Shown here in pieces: positions 1 to 9,422 of a stretch of DNA of 64,000 bases. The translations under genes and the position numbers were made by a program. Positions within the stretch are counted from its first letter, which is position 1, and each line of letters starts with the position of its first letter. The stretch covers positions 1 to 64,000 of the forward strand of contig JBBDMM010000018.1 of the NCBI GenBank assembly GCA_040878325.1. Direction: 5' to 3'. The stretch is from Acidimicrobiia bacterium (lineage in GTDB: Bacteria > Actinomycetota > Acidimicrobiia > Spongiisociales > UBA11373). The notes under the pieces were generated by a model. The model searched no databases, had not been told where the DNA came from, and saw only the letters and a program-made list of their open reading frames with translations.

Positions 1-104
1 CCACGACGGTGGCCCCAACGACGACCACGACGGTGGCCCCAACGACGACCACGACGGTGGCCCCAACGACGACCACGACGGTGGCCCCAACGACGACCAC
101 GACC
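1..104 (+). repeat. 24-bp coding tandem repeat (CCACGACGGTGGCCCCAACGACGA, about 4 copies)
   Basis: Seen directly; encodes TTVAPTTT. Confidence 0.95.
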
Positions 105-602
105 GAGGCCGTGTACCACCTCGTCCTTGAACCGGCTCAGCCCGCGGATCTCAAGAATGGCTGCATTCGGACCTTTACGGCGACCATCAAGGACGCCCAG
201 GAGAACACCGTCGACGACGCGGCCACGATCACCTTCCTCAACACGCAGACGATCAATCGGATCACCTTCGTGGGTGGCCCCAACGCGACTCCGGTGAACG
301 GGGTGGCCACCAAGCAGATCACCGCGAACGCCAACGGAGCCGTAGCCATCCAGGCGACTGCCGACGGGATCATCTCCTCCAACACGGCGACCTTCAACAT
401 CACTTCCAGCCCGAGCGCGGATTGCCCTAGCGCGGCAGTCGTAGCGCTGCCGCCTCCGCGGTCGCCCGGCGGATTCGGTGACGCTCCCTTCGGGATCTCC
501 ATCGGCGCCCTCCTCGGCATCCTCGGGTTGTTCGCAGTGGCGATCCGGCGCCCCTCCCGCGCCGCGGGTATGGGCTGGGCCACCACGTTTCTGGGCCACT
601 GA
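1..602 (+). CDS. Thr-rich surface protein with Ig-like domain and C-terminal membrane anchor (5' truncated by window)
   Basis: Frame open from the window edge; VAPTTTTT repeats, beta-rich domain (TFTATIKDAQEN...AIQATADG), hydrophobic segment ISIGALLGILGLFAVAI followed by RR. Confidence 0.7.
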   Translation, partial: TTVAPTTTTTVAPTTTTTVAPTTTTTVAPTTTTTEAVYHLVLEPAQPADLKNGCIRTFTATIKDAQENTVDDAATITFLNTQTINRITFVGGPNATPVNGVATKQITANANGAVAIQATADGIISSNTATFNITSSPSADCPSAAVVALPPPRSPGGFGDAPFGISIGALLGILGLFAVAIRRPSRAAGMGWATTFLGH

Positions 603-877
603 CACCCCCCGTCGATGACATTCGGACCCCGGCAGATCCGAGGCCCGATCAAATTCCGGGGCGGCGGCGCGGCGGTCGCTCCCAACACTCGCCTTGGCAA
701 CGCCATCGAAATTGATTCTGCCGGGTAGCGCCGCGACGTGAATGGTGCTCATCGCTCGTTGCGCCGGCTCGTCTGACCACTGCCACGAGATCGGTTGTCC
801 TAGCTGGGGATAAGCACCACGCTGGCTCGTCAGGCCAGGGGCCATCAGCGGCTCGCCTGACCACCGACAGAATTCAG

Positions 878-906
878 TTGCATAAGGTTCGGGCCGGTAC
901 CACAAT
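878..906 (+). promoter_or_regulatory. Putative SigA promoter of the FecR lipoprotein gene
   Basis: TTGCAT (878-883), 17 bp spacer, CACAAT (901-906). Confidence 0.4.
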
Positions 907-945
907 GGCCCGTCGGGCCTACTTCTATGAAGCGGGGACGCGGTC

Positions 946-2892
946 ATAAAGTTTCGTCTTATCGCTGGACTCGCACTGGTGGCGGCGTTCGCGCTCGCCG
1001 CCTGTGGGGATGACTCCGGCTCGAGTGTCCCCAGCGCCACTCTCCGCGTTCACGCCGGGACGGTGGAGGTCAGCTTCGACGGTGCAACCTTTGCCGCCGC
1101 CACCGACGGCCAGGCGCTCACCGAGGGCGCCACGGTGCGCACCGGGGCAGACGGCCGAGCCGCCATCGAGTACTTCGACGGGTCGGTCACCCGCCTCGAC
1201 CACGGCACCACTTTCAAGATCGTCACGCTGCAGATCCTCGACAACGACGCCCAGTCGAAGGTGATCGAGGGCGAGCAGACCTCGGGCAACACCTACAACC
1301 GCGTCACGGCACTCACGGACGCGGCGAGCCGCTTCGACATCGAGACCCCCACCGCCACCGCTTCGGTACAGGGCACGGTGTACGCGGTGCTCCTCAACGC
1401 CGACGGGTCGACCACGATCGCGGTGATCGAGGGGTCAGTCGACGCCGGCGATGGACCGGTGCCCGCTGGGTTCATGGTGACCGTCGACGAGGATGGCAAC
1501 GTCAGCGATCCGATCCCGATCCCTGACAACCTGATCGACGATGAGTGGATCGTGTACAACTGCGAGCTCGACGAAGGTCCCGACTGTCCGGACGACGGCA
1601 CGACCACCACAACGGTGGCCGGCCCCGATACGACGGTGACCACGGTCCCCGACACGACGACCACCACCGTCCCGCCGACGACTACCACGACCGCCGTGTC
1701 GCCGCCGCCAGTGACGACGACCACGGTTCCGGCGACGACGACGACGACCACGGTTCCGCCGACGACCACCACGACGACGGTGCCGGCGACGACGACTTCG
1801 ACGACCGTTCCGGCGACGACGACTACGACGACGGTGCCGGCGACGACGACTACGACGACGGTGCCTGCGACGACGACTACGACGACGGTGCCTGCGACGA
1901 CGACTACGACGACGGTGCCTGCGACGACCACCACTACGACGGTGGACGCTGGCCCCGACTTCGACCACATCGTGATCAGACCCGATGGTTGGACTGCCGA
2001 CGCCGGCGATTCCACGGCCTATGTCGCCGAGGCGTTCGCCGCTAACGGCGGTTCGTTGGGCTACGTCACCGACGACACCGAGTTCACCATCTCAGGTGGG
2101 GGCTTTTGTAACGGGAATGCCTGCGGTTCCAACGTTGCGGGGCCGTACACGGTCACAGGCACATTCGAAGGGATGGAGGACTCCACCAGCCTCACGGTGG
2201 TGCCTGGCCAGCTCGACTCGATCCAGATCTCACCGGCGGACTCCACCATCAACCTCGGCCAGTCACAGGCGTATACGGGCGCGGGTTTCGACGAGTACGA
2301 CAACCAGATACCGGACATCGACGAGAGCGATTTCGAATTCGAGATGATCAGCGGCGATTGCGTCGACGCGACCTGTACGCCTGACGCCGCCGGCGACTGG
2401 GTAGTGACCGCCATCTACGGGGACGGGGAGGCCGAAGCCAATGCCGACCTCACCGTGCTCAATACCGGCGTGGTGCAGGTGACCCTCGGCTGGGACGCAC
2501 CGGTGGACCTCGACTTGTGGGTGACCGATCCGGACGGTGGCCGGATCAAGTGGGACACACTGTATGTCGGTGAGGACGAGAACGGAGATCCCAATCTCTC
2601 TCCGTCGGGCGGCTATCTCGATCGGGACGCAATCTGTGAGAGCAACGGGATTGAGAACATCATCTGGCCTGTCGACGCCCCGACCGGCGAGTATCGGGTC
2701 GACATCGACTACTGGTCGGATTGCGATGGGAACAGCGAAGTGACGCTCCTGGTGAACTGGGTGCTCACGGTCACCCTGAATGGCGAGGTCTACACGGTCA
2801 TTGAAGGCTCGTTCAACTCGCTTAACGACACCCACGTTCCTGACTTCACAACCTACTTCGACTTCCTCGGGCTGCCGCCGCCGGAGGAGTAG
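946..2892 (+). CDS. FecR-domain lipoprotein with Thr-rich linker, Ig-like repeats and C-terminal YfaP/DUF2135-like domain
   Basis: Lipobox LAAC; FecR-like motifs (TVRTGADGRAAIEYFDGSVTRLD, FDIETPTATASVQGT); VQVTLGWDAPVDLDLWVTDP; full signal peptide needs a start at ATA 946 (ORF track starts at 979). Confidence 0.8.
   Translation: MKFRLIAGLALVAAFALAACGDDSGSSVPSATLRVHAGTVEVSFDGATFAAATDGQALTEGATVRTGADGRAAIEYFDGSVTRLDHGTTFKIVTLQILDNDAQSKVIEGEQTSGNTYNRVTALTDAASRFDIETPTATASVQGTVYAVLLNADGSTTIAVIEGSVDAGDGPVPAGFMVTVDEDGNVSDPIPIPDNLIDDEWIVYNCELDEGPDCPDDGTTTTTVAGPDTTVTTVPDTTTTTVPPTTTTTAVSPPPVTTTTVPATTTTTTVPPTTTTTTVPATTTSTTVPATTTTTTVPATTTTTTVPATTTTTTVPATTTTTTVPATTTTTTVDAGPDFDHIVIRPDGWTADAGDSTAYVAEAFAANGGSLGYVTDDTEFTISGGGFCNGNACGSNVAGPYTVTGTFEGMEDSTSLTVVPGQLDSIQISPADSTINLGQSQAYTGAGFDEYDNQIPDIDESDFEFEMISGDCVDATCTPDAAGDWVVTAIYGDGEAEANADLTVLNTGVVQVTLGWDAPVDLDLWVTDPDGGRIKWDTLYVGEDENGDPNLSPSGGYLDRDAICESNGIENIIWPVDAPTGEYRVDIDYWSDCDGNSEVTLLVNWVLTVTLNGEVYTVIEGSFNSLNDTHVPDFTTYFDFLGLPPPEE
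1600..1945 (+). repeat. Degenerate 24-bp coding repeat encoding VPATTTTT linker
   Basis: ACGACGGTGCCGGCGACGACGACT-like units seen directly. Confidence 0.9.
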
Positions 2893-2939
2893 GCCTCGAT
2901 CGGTCGCACCGGCCAACCCCGTCGGCCACAATGGACGCC

Positions 2940-4235
2940 ATGTTGACGAATCGGCCATCCCTCCGGCTACTTCTCTCCGCCGTTGTACTGGCATCCCTAT
3001 CGCTAGCCTGCGGCGACGACGGCGGGGACGCCACGCTCACCGCCACGCTTCGCATCCACGGCGGCACGGTCGAGGTAGATGCAGATGGCGCGGGCACCTT
3101 TAGCGCCGGTACCGAAGGCCAAACCCTCACCGAAGGCGCCACCGTCCGCACCGGTTTGGCCGGCCGGGCGAGTGTCGAATGGCCCGACGGCAGCGTCACC
3201 CGCCTCGACTTCGAGACCTCGCTGCGGATAGTCGGGCTCGAACGCGGGGGCGGCGTGTTGCCTTCGACGGTCGTCGAAGCCGAGCAGCAGGCCGGCAACA
3301 CCTACAGCCGCGTCGTCGACATCACCGAGACCGGCAGCCGATTCGAGATCGAAACCCCCACCGCCTCGGCGGCGGTGCAGGGAACCACCTACGCGGTGCT
3401 GGTCGCCCCCGACGGGTCCACTTCGATCGTGGTGCTGGAGGGAGCGGTGCTGGTCACCTTGCCCTCCGGCGAGGAGGTTTTGGTGGAGGCCGGCTTCACC
3501 CTGACCGTCGCCGCCGACGGATCCTTCACCGGCCCGACGGCGACGTCGGCTGAGATGCTCAACAGCGACTGGCTGGTCTTCAACGACGACTGCGATGACA
3601 GCGGGGAGTGCACCACCGATTTCACCGCAGGTGGCCCGTCGGGCATCGAGTTGGTCCCGGCCGAGGCGACCATCAACCTCGGCGAGTCGCAGGTCTACTC
3701 CGCCCAGGGCCTCGACGATTCCGGGAGTCCGGTGGGGGCAGTGGCGGCCAGCTTCGACGTCGACGGAGTGCCTTGCGAGGACGCCGTATGCACGCCCACC
3801 GCAGCCGGTGACTACACGGTGACGGCAACCTTCGGTGACCTCCAGGCAACGGGCACCCTGATCGTGCTGACCACCGGTGACATCCAGGTGACCCTCGACT
3901 GGAATGCGATTGTCGACCTCGACCTGTGGGTGACCGACCCGGCGGGGGAGACCATCGCCTGGGACCATCGCCAGTCTGCGTCGGGCGGAAGTCTCGACCG
4001 TGACGCCTATGCCAACTGCGATGGGAGCGACGCTCCGCCGGAGAATGCGGTCTGGTCCTCCGGCGCACCCTCGGGTGAGTACGTCGTGACCGTGCATGTC
4101 TACGACCTGTGCGGGCTCGACTCGACCGGATTCGAGTTGACGGTCCGGGTCGGTGGACAGGTGGTGTTGGTGGTCGACGACGTGGTGCTGGCCGAAAACG
4201 ACGCGACCCACGAGGCGACCTTCACCGTTCCCTAG
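2940..4235 (+). CDS. Paralogous FecR-domain lipoprotein with Ig-like and YfaP/DUF2135-like domains
   Basis: Lipobox SLAC; same FecR motifs and IQVTLDWNAIVDLDLWVTDP as the upstream paralog; no Thr linker. Confidence 0.8.
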   Translation: MLTNRPSLRLLLSAVVLASLSLACGDDGGDATLTATLRIHGGTVEVDADGAGTFSAGTEGQTLTEGATVRTGLAGRASVEWPDGSVTRLDFETSLRIVGLERGGGVLPSTVVEAEQQAGNTYSRVVDITETGSRFEIETPTASAAVQGTTYAVLVAPDGSTSIVVLEGAVLVTLPSGEEVLVEAGFTLTVAADGSFTGPTATSAEMLNSDWLVFNDDCDDSGECTTDFTAGGPSGIELVPAEATINLGESQVYSAQGLDDSGSPVGAVAASFDVDGVPCEDAVCTPTAAGDYTVTATFGDLQATGTLIVLTTGDIQVTLDWNAIVDLDLWVTDPAGETIAWDHRQSASGGSLDRDAYANCDGSDAPPENAVWSSGAPSGEYVVTVHVYDLCGLDSTGFELTVRVGGQVVLVVDDVVLAENDATHEATFTVP

Positions 4236-4296
4236 GGCAGGCGTCACTGACCCTCCGCCCTCGGTACGATCTGCACCGCCGCCGACGAAGGATCCC

Positions 4297-6285
4297 ATGG
4301 CCAGCAAACACCGCAGCACCTGGTTCAAGCCCGCGATCGCCGTCGGGATCGCGGTGGCGATCGTCGTGGGTTCGTGGTTCGCGATGTCTTCGAATCTGTT
4401 CTTTCGCACTCAGTTGCGGTTCTCCGACGGCCTCTTCCCCGGAACGGGCATCGACTCCCGCATCACCGTGGTGGGAATCGACGACGAGAGCATCGCCTTG
4501 GTGGGCCGGTGGCCGTGGGACCGGTCGATCCACGCCCAGATGATCGAGAACATGGCCGCGGACGGGGCGCTGCTGATCGGGTATGACGTCACGTTCGCCA
4601 GCGCCAACACCGCGAACCCGGAGGGTGATCGCGATCTTGCCGACGCGATCGCCGCCGCCGGGAACGTAGTCCTTGGCGAGACCGCCACCCTCGAGCCGGT
4701 GGGAGACCCGCCGGTGGCCGAGCAGGTGTTCCATCCGCTGCAGATCCTGGCGGACGGCGCCGCCGGCATCGGGCACACCAACACCTACCCCGATACCGAC
4801 GGCGTGGTGCGGGCACTACCCCCGGTGATCGAAGACCCCGCCGGGTCGCTGATCTCGTCGCTGTCGTTCACTCTTGCTCAGTTGGCCACCGGCCAAGGGG
4901 GCCCGGTGACGATCCGGCCCGAGTCGTTGCAGGTTGGGGGCCTGGCGGTGCTCACGGTGGAGAAGCACCTCCTCGAGATCAACTACGCCGCCGGGTTTCC
5001 CACCGTGCAGGCCGTCGATGTGATCGACGGCACATTTCCCCCCGGGACTTTCGACGGGAAGATCGTCCTGGTGGGTGCGACCGCCCTGGGACTGGGCGAC
5101 CTGGTGGCGACGCCGCTCGACAAGGCAAATCGTCAGCCAGGGGTGGAGGTGCACGCCAATGCCCTCAACACGATGATCACCGGCAACTACATCGCGTCGG
5201 AGACGACCAGCTCGACCCTGGTGTGGGTCTTCCTTATTGCCCTACTGGTGGCGGCGGGAACCCTCTACCTACGACCCTGGGTGGCGGTGATCGGCGCGAT
5301 GGTGCTGCTGGTCGGCTACTTCTGGCTGGTGTTCACCCGGTTCGACAGTGGCACCGTGATGAACATGGTCTACCCGCCCTTCGCCCTGCCCATCTCGTAC
5401 GTCGCCGCCCTGGGTGTCAGGTACTTCACCGAGGTGAAAGAGCGGAAGTACGTCACCAACGTGTTCGGCCGTTACCTGGCGAAGGATGTGGTCCACGAGG
5501 TGCTGAACTCCCCCGAAGGTGCGGTTGCCACGCTGTCCGGGGCATCCCGCCCCCTCTCGGTGCTCTTCGCCGATCTCCGCGGATTCACCGCCGCATCGGA
5601 GAAGGCCTCTCCGACCGCGGTGGTCGCTGCCCTCAACGAGTACCTGGATGCGATGACTCGGGCAGTGATCGAAGAGCAGGGGACGATCGACAAGTTCATG
5701 GGTGACTGTGTCATGGCGTTCTGGGGTGCGCCCCGGCGGGAACCCGACATGGCGGTGAAATCACTGCGGTCGGCCATCAAGATGCTCGACTACGTCGACG
5801 ACGCGGTCACCCACGGCAACGCCGGCCAGTTGCGGGTGAATGGCTGCGGCGTGGGGCTGGCCTTCGGAGAAGCGGTCGTCGGCAACATCGGATCCAACGA
5901 GCGGCTCGACTACACGGCCATCGGCGACACGGTCAACACCGCCAGCCGGGTGTGCGGCGTCGCCGCCGGCGGCGAGATCGTGATTACCGCCGATTTCGCT
6001 GAAGCCCTACCCCCGGGCGAGTTCCGCCTCGCCCCGCTGCCTCCGCTGAAGGTCAAGGGCAAGGAGGAGGTCCTCCGGGTGTTCCAGGTGCTGCGCGAAG
6101 GCCAGGAGGCCAAGGTCTTCGGCGAGGACGCCGTCATCGACACCACCGAGGAGAAGGGCGCCTTCCAAGCCCCCGAGGCCGCGAAGCCGGACGAAGAGAA
6201 GACCCAGGAAGCACCCCCCAAGGTCGCCGGCTACGCCCCAGTGGAACCGCGGCCGGAAGAACCCACGGAAGCAAGCACGGAGTGA
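4297..6285 (+). CDS. CHASE2-domain class III adenylate cyclase
   Basis: CHASE2 motifs (VVGIDDESI..GRWPWDR, DTDGVVR, PGVEVHA), three TM helices, cyclase motifs FADLRGFT, IDKFMGD, DYTAIGDTVNTASR; K and D at the specificity positions favour ATP. Confidence 0.92.
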   Translation: MASKHRSTWFKPAIAVGIAVAIVVGSWFAMSSNLFFRTQLRFSDGLFPGTGIDSRITVVGIDDESIALVGRWPWDRSIHAQMIENMAADGALLIGYDVTFASANTANPEGDRDLADAIAAAGNVVLGETATLEPVGDPPVAEQVFHPLQILADGAAGIGHTNTYPDTDGVVRALPPVIEDPAGSLISSLSFTLAQLATGQGGPVTIRPESLQVGGLAVLTVEKHLLEINYAAGFPTVQAVDVIDGTFPPGTFDGKIVLVGATALGLGDLVATPLDKANRQPGVEVHANALNTMITGNYIASETTSSTLVWVFLIALLVAAGTLYLRPWVAVIGAMVLLVGYFWLVFTRFDSGTVMNMVYPPFALPISYVAALGVRYFTEVKERKYVTNVFGRYLAKDVVHEVLNSPEGAVATLSGASRPLSVLFADLRGFTAASEKASPTAVVAALNEYLDAMTRAVIEEQGTIDKFMGDCVMAFWGAPRREPDMAVKSLRSAIKMLDYVDDAVTHGNAGQLRVNGCGVGLAFGEAVVGNIGSNERLDYTAIGDTVNTASRVCGVAAGGEIVITADFAEALPPGEFRLAPLPPLKVKGKEEVLRVFQVLREGQEAKVFGEDAVIDTTEEKGAFQAPEAAKPDEEKTQEAPPKVAGYAPVEPRPEEPTEASTE

Positions 6286-6287
6286 CG

Positions 6288-6367
6288 CGAGCCGAGAGCC
6301 AAGAATCAAGAATCAAGAATCAAGACCCAAGAACCGAGAGAGTCAACAGTCTTGATTCTTGATTCTT
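6288..6367. repeat. Heptamer tandem repeat (CAAGAAT)n followed by its inverse (TTGATTC)n
   Basis: Seen directly. Confidence 0.9.
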
Positions 6368-6378
6368 AAGGAGTCCGA

Positions 6379-7182
6379 GTGCCGTTTGCGCGGGTCAATG
6401 GAACGATGCTCTTCTATCGGGAGGCCGGTGAGGGGCCGCTCGCCGTGTTCATCCACGGGTTTCCGCTGGACCACAGCGTTTGGCTCGACCAACTCGACGG
6501 CCTGGCTCATGTGCGCCGGTGCGTGACACTCGATCTCCGGGGTTACGGAAAGTCGGATGCGACCACCGACCGAACCCTGACCATGGAGATGCTCGCCGAC
6601 GATGTGGCGGGATTGATCGAAGCGCTCGGCGCCAGCGGGGCCGACATCGTCGGGCTCTCGATGGGCGGGTATGTCGCCCTCGCCCTGTGGGAATTGCGCC
6701 CCGCATTGGTCCGAAGCCTCACCCTGATCGACACCCGCGCTGCGGCTGACAGTGCCGAGGGCCGCGCCAAACGGGACGCCATGGTCGACCGCCTTCTCGA
6801 CAAGGGTCGCGCCGCCCTTGCCGATGAGATGGTGCTTGGACTCCTCGGCTCCACACCGTCTGTACAGGTTCAGGCGCGGCTGCGTTCCATGATCGAGGGC
6901 ACTCGTTACGAGACGATGGTGGCGTCGATCCTGGGAATGAAGGACCGCGCCGACCGGAGCGCGCTGCTGCCTGGCATCGGTGTGCCCGCCCTCGTGATCG
7001 GGGGCGAGGAGGACGGCCTCATTTCGCCCGATGTGATGCGCGCCATGGCTGGAGAGATCCCCGGCGCCCGCACTTCGATCATCTCCGGCGCCGGTCACCT
7101 GCCCCCGCTCGAGCGGCCGGATGCGGTGAACGAGGCCCTGATCGAGCTGTTCGAGGGTCGCAAGGTCGTCTGGTGGCGTTGA
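6379..7182 (+). CDS. Alpha/beta fold hydrolase (enol-lactonase-like)
   Basis: HGFP, DLRGYG, GLSMGG nucleophile elbow, GEED, AGH; RBS AAGGAG. Confidence 0.9.
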   Translation: MPFARVNGTMLFYREAGEGPLAVFIHGFPLDHSVWLDQLDGLAHVRRCVTLDLRGYGKSDATTDRTLTMEMLADDVAGLIEALGASGADIVGLSMGGYVALALWELRPALVRSLTLIDTRAAADSAEGRAKRDAMVDRLLDKGRAALADEMVLGLLGSTPSVQVQARLRSMIEGTRYETMVASILGMKDRADRSALLPGIGVPALVIGGEEDGLISPDVMRAMAGEIPGARTSIISGAGHLPPLERPDAVNEALIELFEGRKVVWWR

Positions 7183-7220
7183 GCAGCAGAATCAAGAATC
7201 AAGAATCGAGACCTGGCGCG

Positions 7221-7415
7221 ATGCCTGCCCCTATCGGATTCACCTTCGCGACTCGCAAGAACGGTGAGGTGGTCATCTCCCACCACGGCCGAGTCGCCAC
7301 CGTGCTCCGTGGCGAGCGCGCCGCAAAGTTCTTGAGAGCGATCGCCACGGGCGATCCCCAGCATGTGATGGCGCGAGCCACCGGCGACTACAAGCGTGGC
7401 AACGAGCGGCGGTAG
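7221..7415 (+). CDS. Small hypothetical protein (64 aa)
   Basis: Protein-like sequence FTFATRKNGEVVISHHGRVATVLRG...MARATGDYKRGNER filling the gap. Confidence 0.7.
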   Translation: MPAPIGFTFATRKNGEVVISHHGRVATVLRGERAAKFLRAIATGDPQHVMARATGDYKRGNERR

Positions 7416-7449
7416 TGCGTAGTCGGACTGCCGCTCGTACCCTTCCAGG

Positions 7450-8625
7450 GTGAGTCCCACCACGCTGCGGCGGCTCCTCATCGGTGCCGTCGTGGCCGTT
7501 TGCGTCGTGATCGTGTTCTTGTCCGGTACCGGCACCGCGCCGTCGCCGCAGACGGCGACGACGGTGCCGGCGAGCACCACCCTTCCGTGGGTCGACCGGA
7601 CCACGCCAACCGACGACGACCTCGAACCCAGCCTTCTCGAAGAGCGGGTAGCTTCGATCCAGTCCTGGCTGGTCGAGAATCGGGGGCTGCCGTTTCTCAG
7701 GCCCCTGGATATCAAGGTGTTCGATGAGCACGGTCGGGACGCCCTCGCCCAGGAACTGCAAGACGGCAAGGACTACGAATGGCCTTCCTACGGCCTGGTG
7801 GCCCCGCTGTTCGGTGTCGATTGGGGTCCCGATGACTTCTGGGGCCTGTGGGCTATCTCCGATTCCGTAGTCATCCCGATCGAGGGTGCGGACACGATCA
7901 CCTCCGAGAACCTGATTCAGTCCATGCTCCCCTCGTTGACCGACCAGCACTATCACCACCGCGAGCGTATGGACGCCCTGATGCGCTCCGGGCTCATAGG
8001 TGACGAACTCGATGCGCTACGCACCCTCGCGGCGGGAGATGCGGTTTTCACCGCATCGGGTTTCGGATGGGAATTGGCTACTGGGTCGGAATGGATCCCG
8101 GCGGCGGGCGGGTGCCTATCGCCTCGAACCCTCGGCTTCAACTCGAACTGGGGGGCGGGCAACTCCTATGTGTGCAACCTCTACGTCGAAGGGGGCTGGG
8201 ATCGGGTGAACCAGGCGTACTCCGACCCACCCCGGTCGACCGCGGAGATCCTCGGCATCGAATGCGCCGTCGAGGACACGACCCTGACGCCGATCGATTG
8301 GCCGGTGCGGTTCGAAGCATCGCGAGGGCCGATTTGGCTCAACATCATGTTGAATCAGTTGGGCGGAGACATCAGCGGAATCAGTGGGTGGTGCGCCGAT
8401 CATCAACGAGTTCTTGGCGACGGCGGCCTGCAATTCATGGTGATGGAGATCTGGCTGGGGTCGCCCGACGACGCGGCAATCGTCGAGCGGGAAACGCGTG
8501 AGTTCTTCGCCGCGGCCGATGACGAGGTCGAGTCACTGGTGGTCCGCGATGGCTCGTGGGTCGGCATCGCCTCGACTCTCTCGACCCTCAATCTGTGCTC
8601 GCAACTGCCGGCCTGGTGCCCCTAG
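7450..8625 (+). CDS. Membrane-anchored or secreted hypothetical protein, degenerate zincin-like
   Basis: N-terminal TM; RGLPF, DQHY, GDA, GGWDRVNQAYSDPPRSTAEIL motifs; no HExxH. Confidence 0.6.
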   Translation: MSPTTLRRLLIGAVVAVCVVIVFLSGTGTAPSPQTATTVPASTTLPWVDRTTPTDDDLEPSLLEERVASIQSWLVENRGLPFLRPLDIKVFDEHGRDALAQELQDGKDYEWPSYGLVAPLFGVDWGPDDFWGLWAISDSVVIPIEGADTITSENLIQSMLPSLTDQHYHHRERMDALMRSGLIGDELDALRTLAAGDAVFTASGFGWELATGSEWIPAAGGCLSPRTLGFNSNWGAGNSYVCNLYVEGGWDRVNQAYSDPPRSTAEILGIECAVEDTTLTPIDWPVRFEASRGPIWLNIMLNQLGGDISGISGWCADHQRVLGDGGLQFMVMEIWLGSPDDAAIVERETREFFAAADDEVESLVVRDGSWVGIASTLSTLNLCSQLPAWCP

Positions 8626-9206
8626 GCGAGGTTGCGCCGCATCACCACCCGGTTGTCGGAGGGGCGGTCGACAGGCTCGAAACCGCACGACGAGAAGAGC
8701 GGCTCGACCCCGGTCATCAGGTCGGAGCCGCTCGAGCGGCGCGCCGATCCGGCCAGCGGGAAGCCCTCGATGGCGGGAGCGCCGCTTCGCCGGGCGAGCT
8801 CCACGGCGCCTTCGAGCAGCACCCGGCTGACGCCCTTGCCCCGAGCCTTCGTCGCCACGAAGAAGCACGGCACCAGCCACGCGGTGGAGTCTTCCGCCTT
8901 GTTCCGGTTCCTCAGGGTGGGCACCCGGAGCACCCGGGTGAACCTGTCACGGGGACCGGCGGCGCACCATCCGACGGGCTCGTCGCCGTCGTAGGCGATC
9001 ATGCCCATCGGGTGAGGGTCGGCCTCCATCCGGGCGAGAAACCCCGCCTTGTTGCCGTCGTGGCCCTGCTCGTGAAAGGTCTTCACGGGGATCAGGAACC
9101 ACATGCACCAACAGTGGTCGGGGTCGTCGTCGGACGAGAAGAGCCGGTCGAGGTCCGACGAGCGGTCTTCGGTGAGTTCCTCCACCCGGATCGAAGCGTC
9201 AGCCAC
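8622..9206 (-). CDS. GNAT family N-acetyltransferase
   Basis: CWCMW, VGWC, CFFV..ARGKGVS..LL, IEGFP. Confidence 0.9.
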   Translation of the reverse strand: MADASIRVEELTEDRSSDLDRLFSSDDDPDHCWCMWFLIPVKTFHEQGHDGNKAGFLARMEADPHPMGMIAYDGDEPVGWCAAGPRDRFTRVLRVPTLRNRNKAEDSTAWLVPCFFVATKARGKGVSRVLLEGAVELARRSGAPAIEGFPLAGSARRSSGSDLMTGVEPLFSSCGFEPVDRPSDNRVVMRRNLA

Positions 9207-9310
9207 AGTGCCCCACCTCCTTGAAGTCCATGCGGCGCGAACCTAGTGACTCGCCGAGCAGGGGTGATGCCGTTCTTGAAGAAGTCGGGGGAGTGCTCGC
9301 TGGGTCAGCT

Positions 9311-9371
9311 GCCCCCTCCGGCACCGCCCGACGGCGGCGCCACCTCCCCCGCCGAAGACGGCAGAGGAGGA
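9311..9371. repeat. REP-like double hairpin CCCCCTCC...ACCTCCCCC...GAGGAG
   Basis: Intergenic; similar architecture on the minus strand at 19416-19488. Confidence 0.45.
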
Positions 9372-9422
9372 CGCCCGGTGGCTGGAGACTGGAGACTGGT
9401 GGCTGCCTATCCTCCAGGGTTC

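Noticed and set aside
603..945. CRP site or riboswitch upstream of the FecR/cyclase locus
   Set aside because: GTGA-N7-TCAT near 738 has the wrong spacing; no convincing aptamer seen
6288..6367. Heptamer arrays as CRISPR repeats
   Set aside because: Contiguous 7-mers with no unique spacers
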